From NCBI RefSeq assembly GCF_006345805.1, contig NW_021834292.1, forward strand, positions 1 through 51,108: a stretch of 51,108 nucleotides of DNA. The letters run 5' to 3'. How positions within the stretch are numbered: position 1 is the first letter of the stretch; each line of letters begins with the position of its first letter. Below are positions 1 to 11,173 of this stretch, piece after piece. The position numbers and the translations under genes were made by a program. This DNA comes from Octopus sinensis. Taxonomy: Eukaryota. Under the pieces are notes generated by a model. That model had not been told where the DNA came from, made no database searches, and saw nothing but the letters and a program-made list of their open reading frames with translations.

Positions 1-339
1 TTTTCTGTATGTACGCATGCATATGAATGCTTTTGTGAAGGTGGATGTTCACGTATGCGTATTTCTCCCGAGTGTGTATATATATATATGTATCTGTGCG
101 TCCAAATCTGCGTTCGTGTGTGTGTGTGTGTGTGTGTGTGTGTTGTGTGTGTGTGTTGTGTGTGTAAATATACGTGTGTAATAATAATATCTGTGCGTAA
201 AAAGAAAAAAAGAAAACACCAATTGTGTTGTTGGTCTATTGTACAAGCTTGCCTTTGTTATTATCAATATCACGGTGCGTTTTATGAGAGTCTTATTTAA
301 ATTTTTGTTTGAAGTTCTCTCATTCGTTCTATCGCCCAT

Positions 340-379
<40 letters not shown>

Positions 380-921
380 CTCCTCCTACTTCTCCTTCTC
401 CTTCTCTCTCACTCGGCATATAACATTCTCGCTCTCCCCCTCTCTGCATGTTATAACACATTTAACGCATCCTCGCCCCCCCTCTCACTACACAACCTAC
501 TCTCACTCCAATCTGCTCCTCATTCTCTCCTTCTTTTCCTCTCGTCCATCTCTCTCTCCTCTCTCGCCTTGTTCTTCATTCTGTTTTCAATGAAATCATT
601 AAAAACCTATCAATGAAAACGAAGAAACACAAATGGATAAATTATTAAAATATCTTTTGTGCGGCGGTGGGGGTGGACTTAGGGATGCTGGTGGTGACGG
701 GGATGGTGGCAGTTGACTATTATCATATATCTATGTGTGTATTATCATCTATATGTGTGTGTATGCACGCGTGCGTATATGTGTATGTGTGTGTATATGA
801 ATATATGTATGAATGTACATATACACAAACATGTTAGTTGTGGTTGTAGTTGTGTTTGAGGCGTTGATGGCGGCCGGTGGTAGTTAACAGTTATCGTGTA
901 TTTGTGTGCGCTTGTGCGTGT

Positions 922-960
<39 letters not shown>

Positions 961-1020
961 TGTGTGTGTGTCTGTGTTTTCGTGTGTGTGCGAATACATG
1001 TATGTAAGTACGGACGTACA

Positions 1021-1345
1021 TACGGGCGCGGTCCTGGCTTTGTGGTCAGACGCTTGTGTCTCAGCCACATTCTTTCGGGTTCAGTCCCTCTGCATGGCAC
1101 CTTGAGCAAGCGTTTTCTAGCATGGCTTTTGGCCGACCAAAACCAAGGGAGTGGATTTGATAGACGGAAAATGAAAGAAACTCGCGTGCGCGTGTGAGTG
1201 CGCCTGTGTATGTGTGTGTGTGTGTGTTTACGTCCCCATAACTTAGTGGTTCGAATAGAATAAGTAACAAGCATCCAAAAAAGTACAGGGGTCGTTTCAT
1301 TCGACTAAAAATTCTTGACGGCGATGCTCCAGCATGACCGTAGTA
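1021..1345 (+). mobile_element. tRNA-derived SINE, family B (CORE-like body)
   Basis: B-box-like gggttcagtccc followed by ggcaccttgagcaag. The tail continues through gctccagcatgacc and resumes after the nested insertion at about 1765-1790. Confidence 0.6.
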
Positions 1346-1349
1346 TAAT

Positions 1350-1748
1350 CCTTTCTACTATAGGCACAAGGCCTGGACTTTGTAGGGAAGAGGAGAATCG
1401 ATCACATCAAACCCAGTATTGGACTGGTACTTAATTTATCGACACCGAAAGGATGAAAGGCAAAGTCGACTACGGCGGAATTTGAACTCAGAACGTAACG
1501 GCAGACGAAATACCTATTTCTTTACTACCCACAAGGGGCTACACACATAGGGGAAAAACAAGGACAGTCAAACGGATTAAGTCGATTACATCGACCCCAG
1601 TGTGTAACTGGTACTTATTTAATCGACCCCGAAAGGATGAAAGATAAAGTCGACCTCGGCGGAATTTGAACTCAGAACGTAGCGGCAGACGAAATACCAC
1701 TTAGCATTTCGTCCGGCGTGCTAATGATTCGGCTAGCTCGCCACTTTT
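1350..1748 (-). mobile_element. tRNA-derived SINE family A, two-unit array
   Basis: On the minus strand: A-box head, gagttcaaattcc B box twice, and body cgaggtcgactttgcctttcatcctttcggggtcgat. Flanked by atgac(c/t)gtagtataat at 1334-1349 and 1749-1764. Confidence 0.85.
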
Positions 1749-1886
1749 ATGACTGTAGTATAATGACTGAAACAAGTAAAAAATATAAGCTACACACACA
1801 CACACACACAGTTCTTTTCTTTTTTTACCAAACACGGTAGAATATGATCCGAAGGAGATCAAAGTAGAGGGACTGATCCCATAGAA

Positions 1887-2020
1887 TAGCGTTACTCAAA
1901 GTGGTGGTCTGCGGACCGGTGCCGGTCTGCGAGCCGTCAGTTGCCGGTACGCGGCGAGTTTCCAAGAAAGAAACAATAAAAAATGCTGGCCCCAAATTAC
2001 TGGCCTTGAGCCAAACTTTC
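1887..2020 (+). mobile_element. hAT/Charlie-like DNA transposon left end
   Basis: tagcgttactcaaagtggtggtctgcggaccggtgccggtctgcg resembles Charlie/MER5-type termini (recalled). Preceded by ccatagaa, matching the nnnTAGAn Charlie target. No right end seen. Confidence 0.5.
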
Positions 2021-2054
2021 AAATCGTTATTATTTCTGTTGTTGTTGTTGCGAG

Positions 2055-2221
2055 ATGGCGTAATGGTTAGCATGCTGGAAAAAAATCTATTTTTACGTTC
2101 TGAGCTCACATTTCGCCGAGGTCGACTTTACCTTACATCTTTTCGGGCTCGATTAATTAAGTACCAGTTACGTACTGGGGTCAATGTAATCGACTTAATC
2201 TCTTCCCCAAAATTTGAGGCC

Positions 2222-2223
<2 letters not shown>
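2055..2223 (+). mobile_element. SINE family A, partly deleted head
   Basis: ttctgagctcacatttcgccgaggtcgactttacc...aagtaccagttacgtactggggtc, followed by a (TTA)n tail. Confidence 0.75.
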
Positions 2224-2259
<36 letters not shown>

Positions 2260-2941
2260 GCTGTTGCGTTGGTGTTGGTGGTGGAGTGGCAACGCCATAT
2301 AGCTGAAGTTAGAATCAGTGATTATAATGATGTTTGTTGACGCAGTGATATTTTATTTCTGATTCCGCTTTTATCGTCTTCATTTCATATACAAGTCAGC
2401 CAACATAATTAATTTCACTAGTCATTAATTCATTACCGGAAGATTATATTTATTCAGCCAATCAAAATGAAATGCAAATCTGCTTTGGTTTTATTTCTAA
2501 ACAGTATTTAATCTCTGTATCGATTATGAGTGACTCCCGTGTTATTCATGTCTATAGGGACGCTTGCTTTCACGTTGCTCTGCTTTCGATCCCATGGGGG
2601 TGTCGTCTTCGCTAATATATTCTTAACATAACATCACGTTGACCCAAAATCCGTGAGTGAATTTTGAAGGACGGAAATACTGCGCGCGCGCGTGTGTGTT
2701 TGTGTGTGTCTGAGAGAGAGAGAGAGAGGGAAAGAGTATGTGTGTGTTGCATGTAATTGTGAGTAACACAGACTCACTTCTAAAATGATGTTCATTGAGA
2801 ATTGTGCTTTGCTCAAAAAAAAAGAAAAAAAAGAAAATACTGAATATGGCGGTGCCCCAGCATGGCCACATCTCATAAGCTGAAACTGGAAAAATCAAAT
2901 CAAATCAAATCAATATATATATACATATACATACAAACATG

Positions 2942-2995
<54 letters not shown>

Positions 2996-2998
<3 letters not shown>

Positions 2999-3200
2999 GA
3001 AATTTACAGAAAAACAAAAGAGGAAGACAGGTATATAAACAACAAGCAGGTGTATTAGTTTAACGCTCGGGAAGGTGAGAAAGCCTTTTACGTTTCGAGC
3101 CTACGCTCTTCAACAGAAAGGAACACGAGAAAATAAACAGAAAGAGAATTTTTTAAAAAATACTTTGGGAGTCAGCGATCAATATAAAGAGCTTCAACAC
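2996..3200 (-). mobile_element. Penelope-like element-derived terminal fragment ending in (TA)n
   Basis: Carries the minimal hammerhead and runs into (TA)n on the minus strand. Homologous pieces at 13565-13735 and 21306-21388. Confidence 0.55.
3084..3121 (-). ncRNA. Minimal type I hammerhead motif (Penelope-like), core variant
   Basis: Minus strand reads CCUUU CUGUUGA A GAGC GUAG GCUC GAA ACGU A AAAGG: 5-bp stem I, 4-bp stem II, palindromic ACGU stem III, GUA triplet. Position 6 is U instead of A, and there is an extra A after A9. Confidence 0.65.
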
Positions 3201-3450
3201 AGTTTCCGCTCAGTCAATTTCATTCATAGTGTATTCATTGATAATCATCCCTAAACTGCACACAGAAAAATGTACGCGCCGAAGAATCGAACTCGGAAGA
3301 ATTGAACTCGGAACCTCGTAGTAGAGCCTCCTCCTCTTCTCCCTCTCTCTAAACAAACACGCGTGCGCACACATACATACACATACACTCACACACACAC
3401 ACACACTTAAACTCCCACACATGTAAATATGCATATGTATGTAAACTTTG

Positions 3451-3475
<25 letters not shown>

Positions 3476-3481
<6 letters not shown>

Positions 3482-3985
3482 AGTGAATTGAAGAAATGGA
3501 GTTGAACGAAGATTGAACAGAAATCGTTTATTGCATTCTACACGTGTTTCGAAAGCCACATTTTACCAGAACAGAGGCGCAGCAAAACACATCGAACGAG
3601 GCTCCTAAGAGTTTGGCCATGGGCTCTTAGGAGCCTCGTTCGATGTGTTTTGCTGCGCCTCTGTTCTGTTTTTGCTTTTGCCAACGGATTTCCTATTTCT
3701 TTCTGAAGAGAAAGACACAATATGGTCTCCTTATTCAATCGGAATTTGGTAAAATGTGGCTTTCGAAACACGTGTAGAATGCAATAAAACGATTTCTGTT
3801 CAATCTTCGTTCAACTCCATTTCTTCAATTCACTAATAATATTAAAATTCAATTATCCGCACCAACGCATGGTTGCAACACCATATGGTTGTACCTCCAA
3901 CCGTGCTGTCTTCTGCTGTGATTTTTGCTACCAAGGTATCGGTTAAACTTTTGATTAATCTGCAATAAGATTATTCATCTTTCTA
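3476..3985 (+). mobile_element. Penelope-like terminal repeat fragment with 5' inverted partial copy
   Basis: Contains the canonical hammerhead and ends in (TA)n. 3476-3568 is the reverse complement of 3747-3840 (one indel). 3568-3611 is the exact reverse complement of 3624-3667. Confidence 0.55.
3694..3786 (+). ncRNA. Type I hammerhead ribozyme motif with canonical core (Penelope-like element type)
   Basis: CUGAAGA 3703-3709; stem II GAAAGACACA 3710-3719 pairs with UGUGGCUUUC 3755-3764 (9/10, G10.1-C11.1); GAAA 3765-3768; palindromic stem III ACACGUGU 3768-3775; GUA triplet, predicted cleavage after 3776; interrupted stem I. Confidence 0.75.
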
Positions 3986-3989
3986 TTTC

Positions 3990-4025
<36 letters not shown>

Positions 4026-5034
4026 TACATCTCTATATACATATATATATGTACATGCATATATATGCGTCTGTTTAACTGTGTATGAATGCATTCGTAC
4101 ATGCATATATACTTTGATATAAATGTATGTGTGCATGTGTGTGTGTGCGTATGTATGTGTTGGTAGTGTGTATATTTATATTGTGACGCCTTTTGTTACA
4201 AATCGAATCCTAAATAAATAAGTAACTCCCAAAATCTTCAATGTACTACTTACATTTCATTGAAATGTTTCCAGCCTAAAATGTAATTATCGGCTCCAAC
4301 TTCACAGAGTTTTGCCGCTATGCAGTCGTATTAAACGCCACAATGTTGAAGAAAATAGACATATTATAACAGTTTGAAAAGCAGCAATGATTCGGAAACA
4401 TTACGATCTCTTCTCTTCCGAACCAGTTCACTGATTCACGTTATAAATCTATTGAAACAATTGCCTTAGAGAAGGTGAAATTATGTACTATTTCTGCATG
4501 AAATAACCGTCTTAAGTGTTTCTACTATGCTTCTGACAATGTGATCATACATTTTATTGTCGCCGTCTTATATATCGAAATATTTATGACACCCTCTCAT
4601 GAAGAAATTGCTTTCCACACACACATAAACAAGAGACTATTGTATTTATTTATCTACGTTTTAATAAATTATTAATCCCTTTATAAAACACAATCGGAAG
4701 CACCTCACAAACACACGCACACTCTCGCTCAGACACACCTCTTTATAACTTCTATAACAAACAGCCGAGCTCATCTCAAAGACTGCTATATCTTTTTAAA
4801 GTCCCTTTCTATTGCGCACATTTGCTACAGCTAAAATGTTCTCTTCAGTTCATTGAATTAACACTCAGTTTGTTGTCGCTCGACTGTTAGAAATAGCAGC
4901 TAAATAATTCTCAGGCCATGCCCCAACGTTTTATGTAAAAAAGGTGGAATGTCTAATGTGACCTTTATTTTTCGAGATAGTAGCGAAGTGATTGAAATCA
5001 TTTAGTTTTCCGCTATATAACTCTTGTGGGTCTG

Positions 5035-5215
5035 AATGGCTTAGGGGTTAAGGTGTGCACTCGTAATTATAAGACTGTGGTTTCGATTCCTGGACCAGGC
5101 GATGCAGTGTGTTCTTGATCAAAACACTTCATTTCTCGCTGCTCCATTCCAGTCAGATGGCAAAACGAATAAATCCTGCGATGGAACAGTGTCCCATCAA
5201 GGGATGAGGGAATAT
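5035..5215 (+). mobile_element. tRNA-derived SINE family C
   Basis: B box gtttcgattcctgg followed by gtgttcttgatcaaaacacttcattt. Related copies at 32625-32935 (-), 44060-44335 (-), 45650-45790 (+), 48690-48960 (-), 50550-50850 (-). Confidence 0.6.
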
Positions 5216-5335
5216 ATATGTCACAGAAACTGGTATTGTAAGTCTAGACGACCCGGAACAGAGCTTTTGTCCCATGGCGGTGAATTGGCAGAATTCATAC
5301 AGCGTCTGCTAAAATGTCTTGTGATATTTATTCCG

Positions 5336-6219
5336 AATCTCGACACACTAAATTTCAATCCAACTGGGCCAACTATACCCGGTCATCCTCTCGGCAGTCT
5401 GCAAAATATTGGACCAGGGTACATTGAGGAATTACACTGAGAAAGGATAAATGATTCCGTCACGTTATCGGAGAATTTCTTTAGTTGAATAATTACCTTG
5501 AACTATCAGCACGGAGCTGGGACCGATTCCACAATATATCGTGTCCGATATCACCATCCTAGCACTTTCCTGGTGGTTTGGGTTAATCCAGGGCGGACCA
5601 ACCTGAGACCTGCTTGATACCTTCTTGAAATGCGTTTATTTAAACAAACATTTTGAAAATTTTATCAAAAATTAAAGCTTGTAATGAAAAGTAAAAAAGA
5701 AAGATACTACTGTTTTTGCAATGATAATGTTTCATGTTGAATCAACGATCATTCATTCATTATTGTAATAATGGCAAATCTCGACACACTAAATTTCAAT
5801 CCAACTGGGCCAACTATACCCGGTCATCCTCTCGGCAGTCTGCAAAATATTGGACCAGGGTACATTGAGGAATTACACTGAGAAAGGATAAATGATTCCG
5901 TCACGTTATCGGAGAATTTCTTTAGTTGAATAATTACCTTGAACTATCAGCACGGAGCTGGGACCGATTCCACAATATATCGTGTCCGATATCACCATCC
6001 TAGCACTTTCCTGGTGGTTTGGGTTAATCCAGGGCGGACCAACCTGAGACCTGCTTGATACCTTCTTGAAATGCGTTTATTTAAACAAACATTTTGAAAA
6101 TTTTATCAAAAATTAAAGCTTGTAATGAAAAGTAAAAAAGAAAGATACTACTGTTTTTGCAATGATAATGTTTCATGTTGAATCAACGATCATTCATTCA
6201 TTATTGTAATAATGGCAAA
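5336..6219. repeat. Perfect 441-bp tandem duplication
   Basis: Sequence from 5336 and from 5777 is identical by line-by-line comparison over one full 441-bp period. Confidence 0.95.
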
Positions 6220-6617
6220 GCGGCGAGCTGGCAGAAAAGTTAGTCTTTACGTTCTGAGCTCAAATTCCACCGAGTCGACTTTGTCTTTCCTCCTTTCGGG
6301 GTCGATAAATTAAATACCAGTTGCGTACTGGGGTCGATCTAATCGACTGGCCACCTCCCCCAAAATGTCGGGCCTTGTGCCTAGAGTAGAAAAGAATAAT
6401 AGCAAAGGGACGAGCTGGCAGAAACGTTAGCACGCTGGGCGAAATGCTTAGCGGTATTTCGTCTGTCTTTACTTCCGAGTTCAAATTCCACCGAGGTCGA
6501 CATAACCTTTCATCCTTTCGGGGTCGATAAATTAAGTACCAGTTGAGTACTGGGGTCGATCTAATCAACTAGCCACCTCTCCAAAAATGTCGGGCTTTGT
6601 GCCTAGAGTAGAAAACA
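6218..6617 (+). mobile_element. Two SINE family A copies in tandem
   Basis: Heads gcggcgagctggcag (about 6220) and ggacgagctggcag (about 6408). Both have the family body and a gggc(c/t)ttgtgcctagagtagaa tail. An 18-bp near-identical direct repeat flanks the pair. Confidence 0.85.
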
Positions 6618-7287
6618 ATTATTGTAATAATAGCATGAGAATGTAAAATGCCTTCACTTCTGTCAGCAGTGCTCTATTCTCGTAGCACGCGTATGTAGTT
6701 TTATAATTGTAAACAAACGAAAAGTATGAAAAATCCTTGATTCTGTAATTTGATTATTTGACTATTAGTGCATAAAGTATACAAGCAGCCCTCAAAAAAC
6801 TTTTTGCGATTACAGTGACCAGGAATGTAATTCGACTTGGCCATGCCTGGGTTAATCACTCAAACAGAAAATCTTTCCATTCAATCAGGCCAGTATGCTG
6901 AGATAGGCCCTTGAGGAGTGTAAAGATGCTGGCAACGGCATGCTTAGGCTTTCATCCAGCAACGGATCGAGACCGATTAATTGCGATATATTTTTGCTAT
7001 GGATTCTTTGGTTTCCAATGATGACTGCAAAACAGCAGCTTCGGCAATATTGACTGTCTGGTTAGGAATCTTTATGATGTGCGATCAAGTCCTGGCAAAG
7101 TTCGCTTTACCCTTTACCTTTTCAGGCTTAATAAGATGTGCTTCTGTCAAATGATGTGGTGGGGGTACGTCTGATAGAAAAGAACAATACGGGCTCCCTC
7201 AAAACTTTATGGACCTGTCCCTATATAAGAGCTCATTATTATTTTACTTTCTAACTTGTGTATGTGTGTGTATGTGTGTGTGTGTAT

Positions 7288-7342
<55 letters not shown>

Positions 7343-7623
7343 TGTTAAATTTTATATCGATTATTATTGTCTATCTTGTTTGCTGAGGAAATTTCCAGCG
7401 TATCACGTAGTTATGTGGCTACGGCATGAGATAACCAATGTGTTTGTGTATGTCGTTATATGTATGTTTGTGTGTGTGTGTGTGTGTGTACATGTGTATG
7501 TAAGTGTGTGAGTGTTGCTTTTTCGATGACACCCTAGTTTGTCATATTCCCTTATAGCCATCAGTCACAACTAAGTCTCACTCCGTGTGGCTATGTAATA
7601 ATGCGAAAGAGCGAGAGCGAGCA

Positions 7624-7667
<44 letters not shown>

Positions 7668-7949
7668 TGTGTGTATGAGTGTGTGCGTGTGTTGTTCATT
7701 CATGTATGTGAATGTGTGTACTGAATTGTTAATTATCATTTTAATTTGTAAAGGAAGTTAGATTGTAAATATCTAATTTGGTTTATCTCTCGTTTCGGTT
7801 TAGTTTTAGTTTTAGGGAATGCAAAGACAAAAACGCAAACAAAAGACACCTACATGACATTTTTATATCGATGTTTTAGCGATCCGCTCAGTCATCGCTC
7901 TTCGAGGAAACTTAAGACAAATAGTTCTCAAAGTATGAATGATGAAAAA

Positions 7950-8251
7950 AAATATGGAATTAGTAATACTGACAGCAACAAGAACAACAACAACAGCAGT
8001 AGCAGCAGCAGCAACTTCAGCAATAATAGCAACTACACCGACAACAACAACAGCAGCAGCAATAATAATAATAATGATAATAATGGATAGCCAACGTAGC
8101 TGAGATGTGAGAATGTTATCCCCAACACCACCACCACCACCAACAACAACAAACCATCACCAACACCAGCACCACCATCACCACTATCGTCATCATCATC
8201 ATCATCATCATTATCGTCATCATGATTGTCGGCGTTCTTGCCATCATCGTC

Positions 8252-8318
<67 letters not shown>

Positions 8319-8920
8319 TCTTCCTCGCCACCATTAACATCATCATCATCATCATCATCATTATCATAAACATCACCGACTCCATCATCCCTCTTCGCCC
8401 CCCCCCCCTCACACCCCCATCCGATCATCATATCACCATTAGCAACTGCGAGAGCAGTGCCTTCTTTATAGTAATTCTCCTCATCACCATGTCTGTCTTC
8501 CCTGCTACTGTCATCACCATCACCATCACCACCACCACCACCACCGCTGCCGCTGCCACCGTCACCATCACCGCCGCCATCGTCACTGCCATCACGGCTG
8601 ACGACCATTAATCCGTTTCGAAATATTAATGATATCCATCACAAAGCCGAAACTAATTAATCTAGGTTATAGTTCATATTAACGCCTTTTACCTGAGTGA
8701 TGTAATAGCAGAGCAGATTGTAATCGATTTGCGCTTATGAATAAGCGGAGATTCGTATCGATAATGAAAACGACGACGACGACGACGATAACGACCAAGA
8801 GCCAAGGAAGAGAGCCACGCTGATGATGATGATGATGATGATGATGGAGATGGCGGTGGTGGCGGCGGCGGTGGTGATGACGATGATGACGATGGGGATG
8901 AAGTTGATGATGACGCCAAT
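7950..8920. repeat. Compound trinucleotide low-complexity block (AAC/AGC/ATC/GTC/ACC/GAT/GGC)
   Basis: Visible runs. It produces His-, Asp-, Ile- and Met-rich ORFs in several frames on both strands. Confidence 0.85.
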
Positions 8921-9119
8921 AATGATTTCCAACATAATCACAAGATCACACGCTTTCCAGGATGGAACGGTCGATTAAATCTATCTCAGTATTTGACTGG
9001 TACTTTGTCACACACACATCCACACACACAGACACATGCGCGCGCTCGCGCGTACACAAACACATACATGTACATCATGCATACACACACAAACAGGTTC
9101 TTGCACAAAGCTATATGTC

Positions 9120-9145
9120 AATATCTATCTATCTATCTATTTATT

Positions 9146-9182
<37 letters not shown>

Positions 9183-9350
9183 CTGTCTATATTTATCTAT
9201 CTATATTTATCTATCTATCTATTATCTATATATATATATCTATATCTATCTATCTCTCTATCTTTACCTATCTATCTATCTATTTATCTATATATATCTA
9301 TCTATTTACTAATATATTTCCATCTATCTATACCTATCTATCTATCTATC

Positions 9351-9387
<37 letters not shown>

Positions 9388-9402
9388 TTATCTATCTATC
9401 TG

Positions 9403-9433
<31 letters not shown>

Positions 9434-9435
9434 CC
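9120..9435. repeat. (TATC)n/(TA)n tract
   Basis: Direct inspection. Confidence 0.9.
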
Positions 9436-9569
9436 ATATACATATTCATACATATATGAACGTATGCATATATATGTGGGTGTATGTGTGTGTAGTCTTA
9501 ATAATAGTTGGTAGTACAACTACTGACTACACTTGTAGGTGTAAATACTTTTACTGTGTTTATAAGCTG

Positions 9570-9990
9570 TGTATCCGTGGACAGTTCAGTGCTCGGTCAC
9601 TGATGCAATTCTGACATATCATTGAAATTCCAATATACAATTGTTCGGCTGATTTCTCTTATTAACACACAGTGTTTCCAGTCCATTGTCTCATGTCGTC
9701 TGTCCACAAACATCTTTCATGTCTTCTCGGCATCTTCCCTTCAACAATTCCTGTCATGATAGTCTTAGCTAGTGGCACGTGGTGCATTGTATGCGCAAAA
9801 TATGATAACTTGATGGACTTGTTTCTCGACAATGCGTTTCTTTTGATTTTCAGCTTTTCTAGTACTGCAGCGTTTGTTACCGTATCCTTTCAATTTAACC
9901 TGCTCAATCCGCGGAAGATCCATATCTCGAATGCTTCTGTCTTTTCCTTTATTGTTGTTCATATTGTCTATTGTTTAACTCATAATAATA
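9570..9990 (-). mobile_element. RTE-clade LINE C-terminal fragment (decayed)
   Basis: Minus frame reads EAFEIWIFRGLSRLN*KDTVTNAAVLEKL...KLSYFAHTMHH..LAKTIMTGIVEGKMPRR..CLWTDDMRQWTG, matching the RTE post-RT motifs (EAFEMW, YFGH, G.VEGKR, W.D.IK.W). Confidence 0.75.
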
Positions 9991-10062
9991 TTAAATCAAA
10001 TGTTTATTCCAATTATATAAGGCAATTGAAGAAATGGCCTTTATTTCTCGTATTATCTATAA

Positions 10063-10380
<318 letters not shown>

Positions 10381-10617
10381 TAATAGAACGGTGTTATTGT
10401 TGTTCTTCTTACAGTTGTTCTTTAATACCGAAGCAGTTCCAGTCAAGCGAATGTATAATCAAAGACAACAAATTCTAACTATCCTGTATATATCTTATAT
10501 AACTGTGTTTGTCCGGGAATACGTTGGCCAACGAGTCACTTCTTATGTAAGACAGTTATTGTATAACTAGGGGGAGATTCGGCAGTTATTTACAAAAGGT
10601 CGAATGATGGAGTAGAG

Positions 10618-10760
10618 CAGAGGTTCTCAAACTTTTTGAGCCACCGTCTCCCTCATGGCCACATAATACCCCCAGCGCCCCCACCCCTATATTTTATATT
10701 TTACTAATTTATATATACTTTGAATCATTTAATATTTAATATATTATATAATTTGTATAC
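10618..10760 (+). mobile_element. hAT/Charlie-like left terminus in the Barhl intron
   Basis: cagaggttctcaaactttttgagcc terminus preceded by gagtagag (nnnTAGAn). No right TIR found. Confidence 0.45.
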
Positions 10761-11173
10761 AATACTATAATATGCATTGTTATTCCAAAGAGTTACATCA
10801 CACTATAAAAAATATGAAAAGTACATGTAGTATTACCCATAATAATAGGTATATCATATCTCCCTGAGAAAGTGTATTTGTAAAATTTCGTAACTAAATT
10901 GGCGTGTAGGGGATCATTGGATTTCGAAATACAATGCATACGGCTGAAGAGAGCTTTAAACCATCTTTTATATCTATTATACACTAATGTAAGAACAGGT
11001 CGTTTATAAAGCTTGAAACACGTGTACCGCGACATCCTTTTTGTTCTGTTTTTGTTTTCCCAGAATCGATAAATGAAGCACTACTCGAGTGCTGAAATCG
11101 ATTTAATCGACCGTTCCTTTCCCTATAACTTGTGGCCATTTTTTCATGTTAGAAACCATTCTTTTCTCTACTT

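Noticed and set aside
5102-5440. 112-aa ORF
   Set aside because: It starts inside a SINE and runs into the duplicated block; no recognisable domain.
8033-8611. His-rich, Asp/Gly-rich and hydrophobic ORFs as Barhl exon 1
   Set aside because: Open in several frames on both strands because of triplet repeats. No eh1 motif and no good phase-1 donor before the stops.
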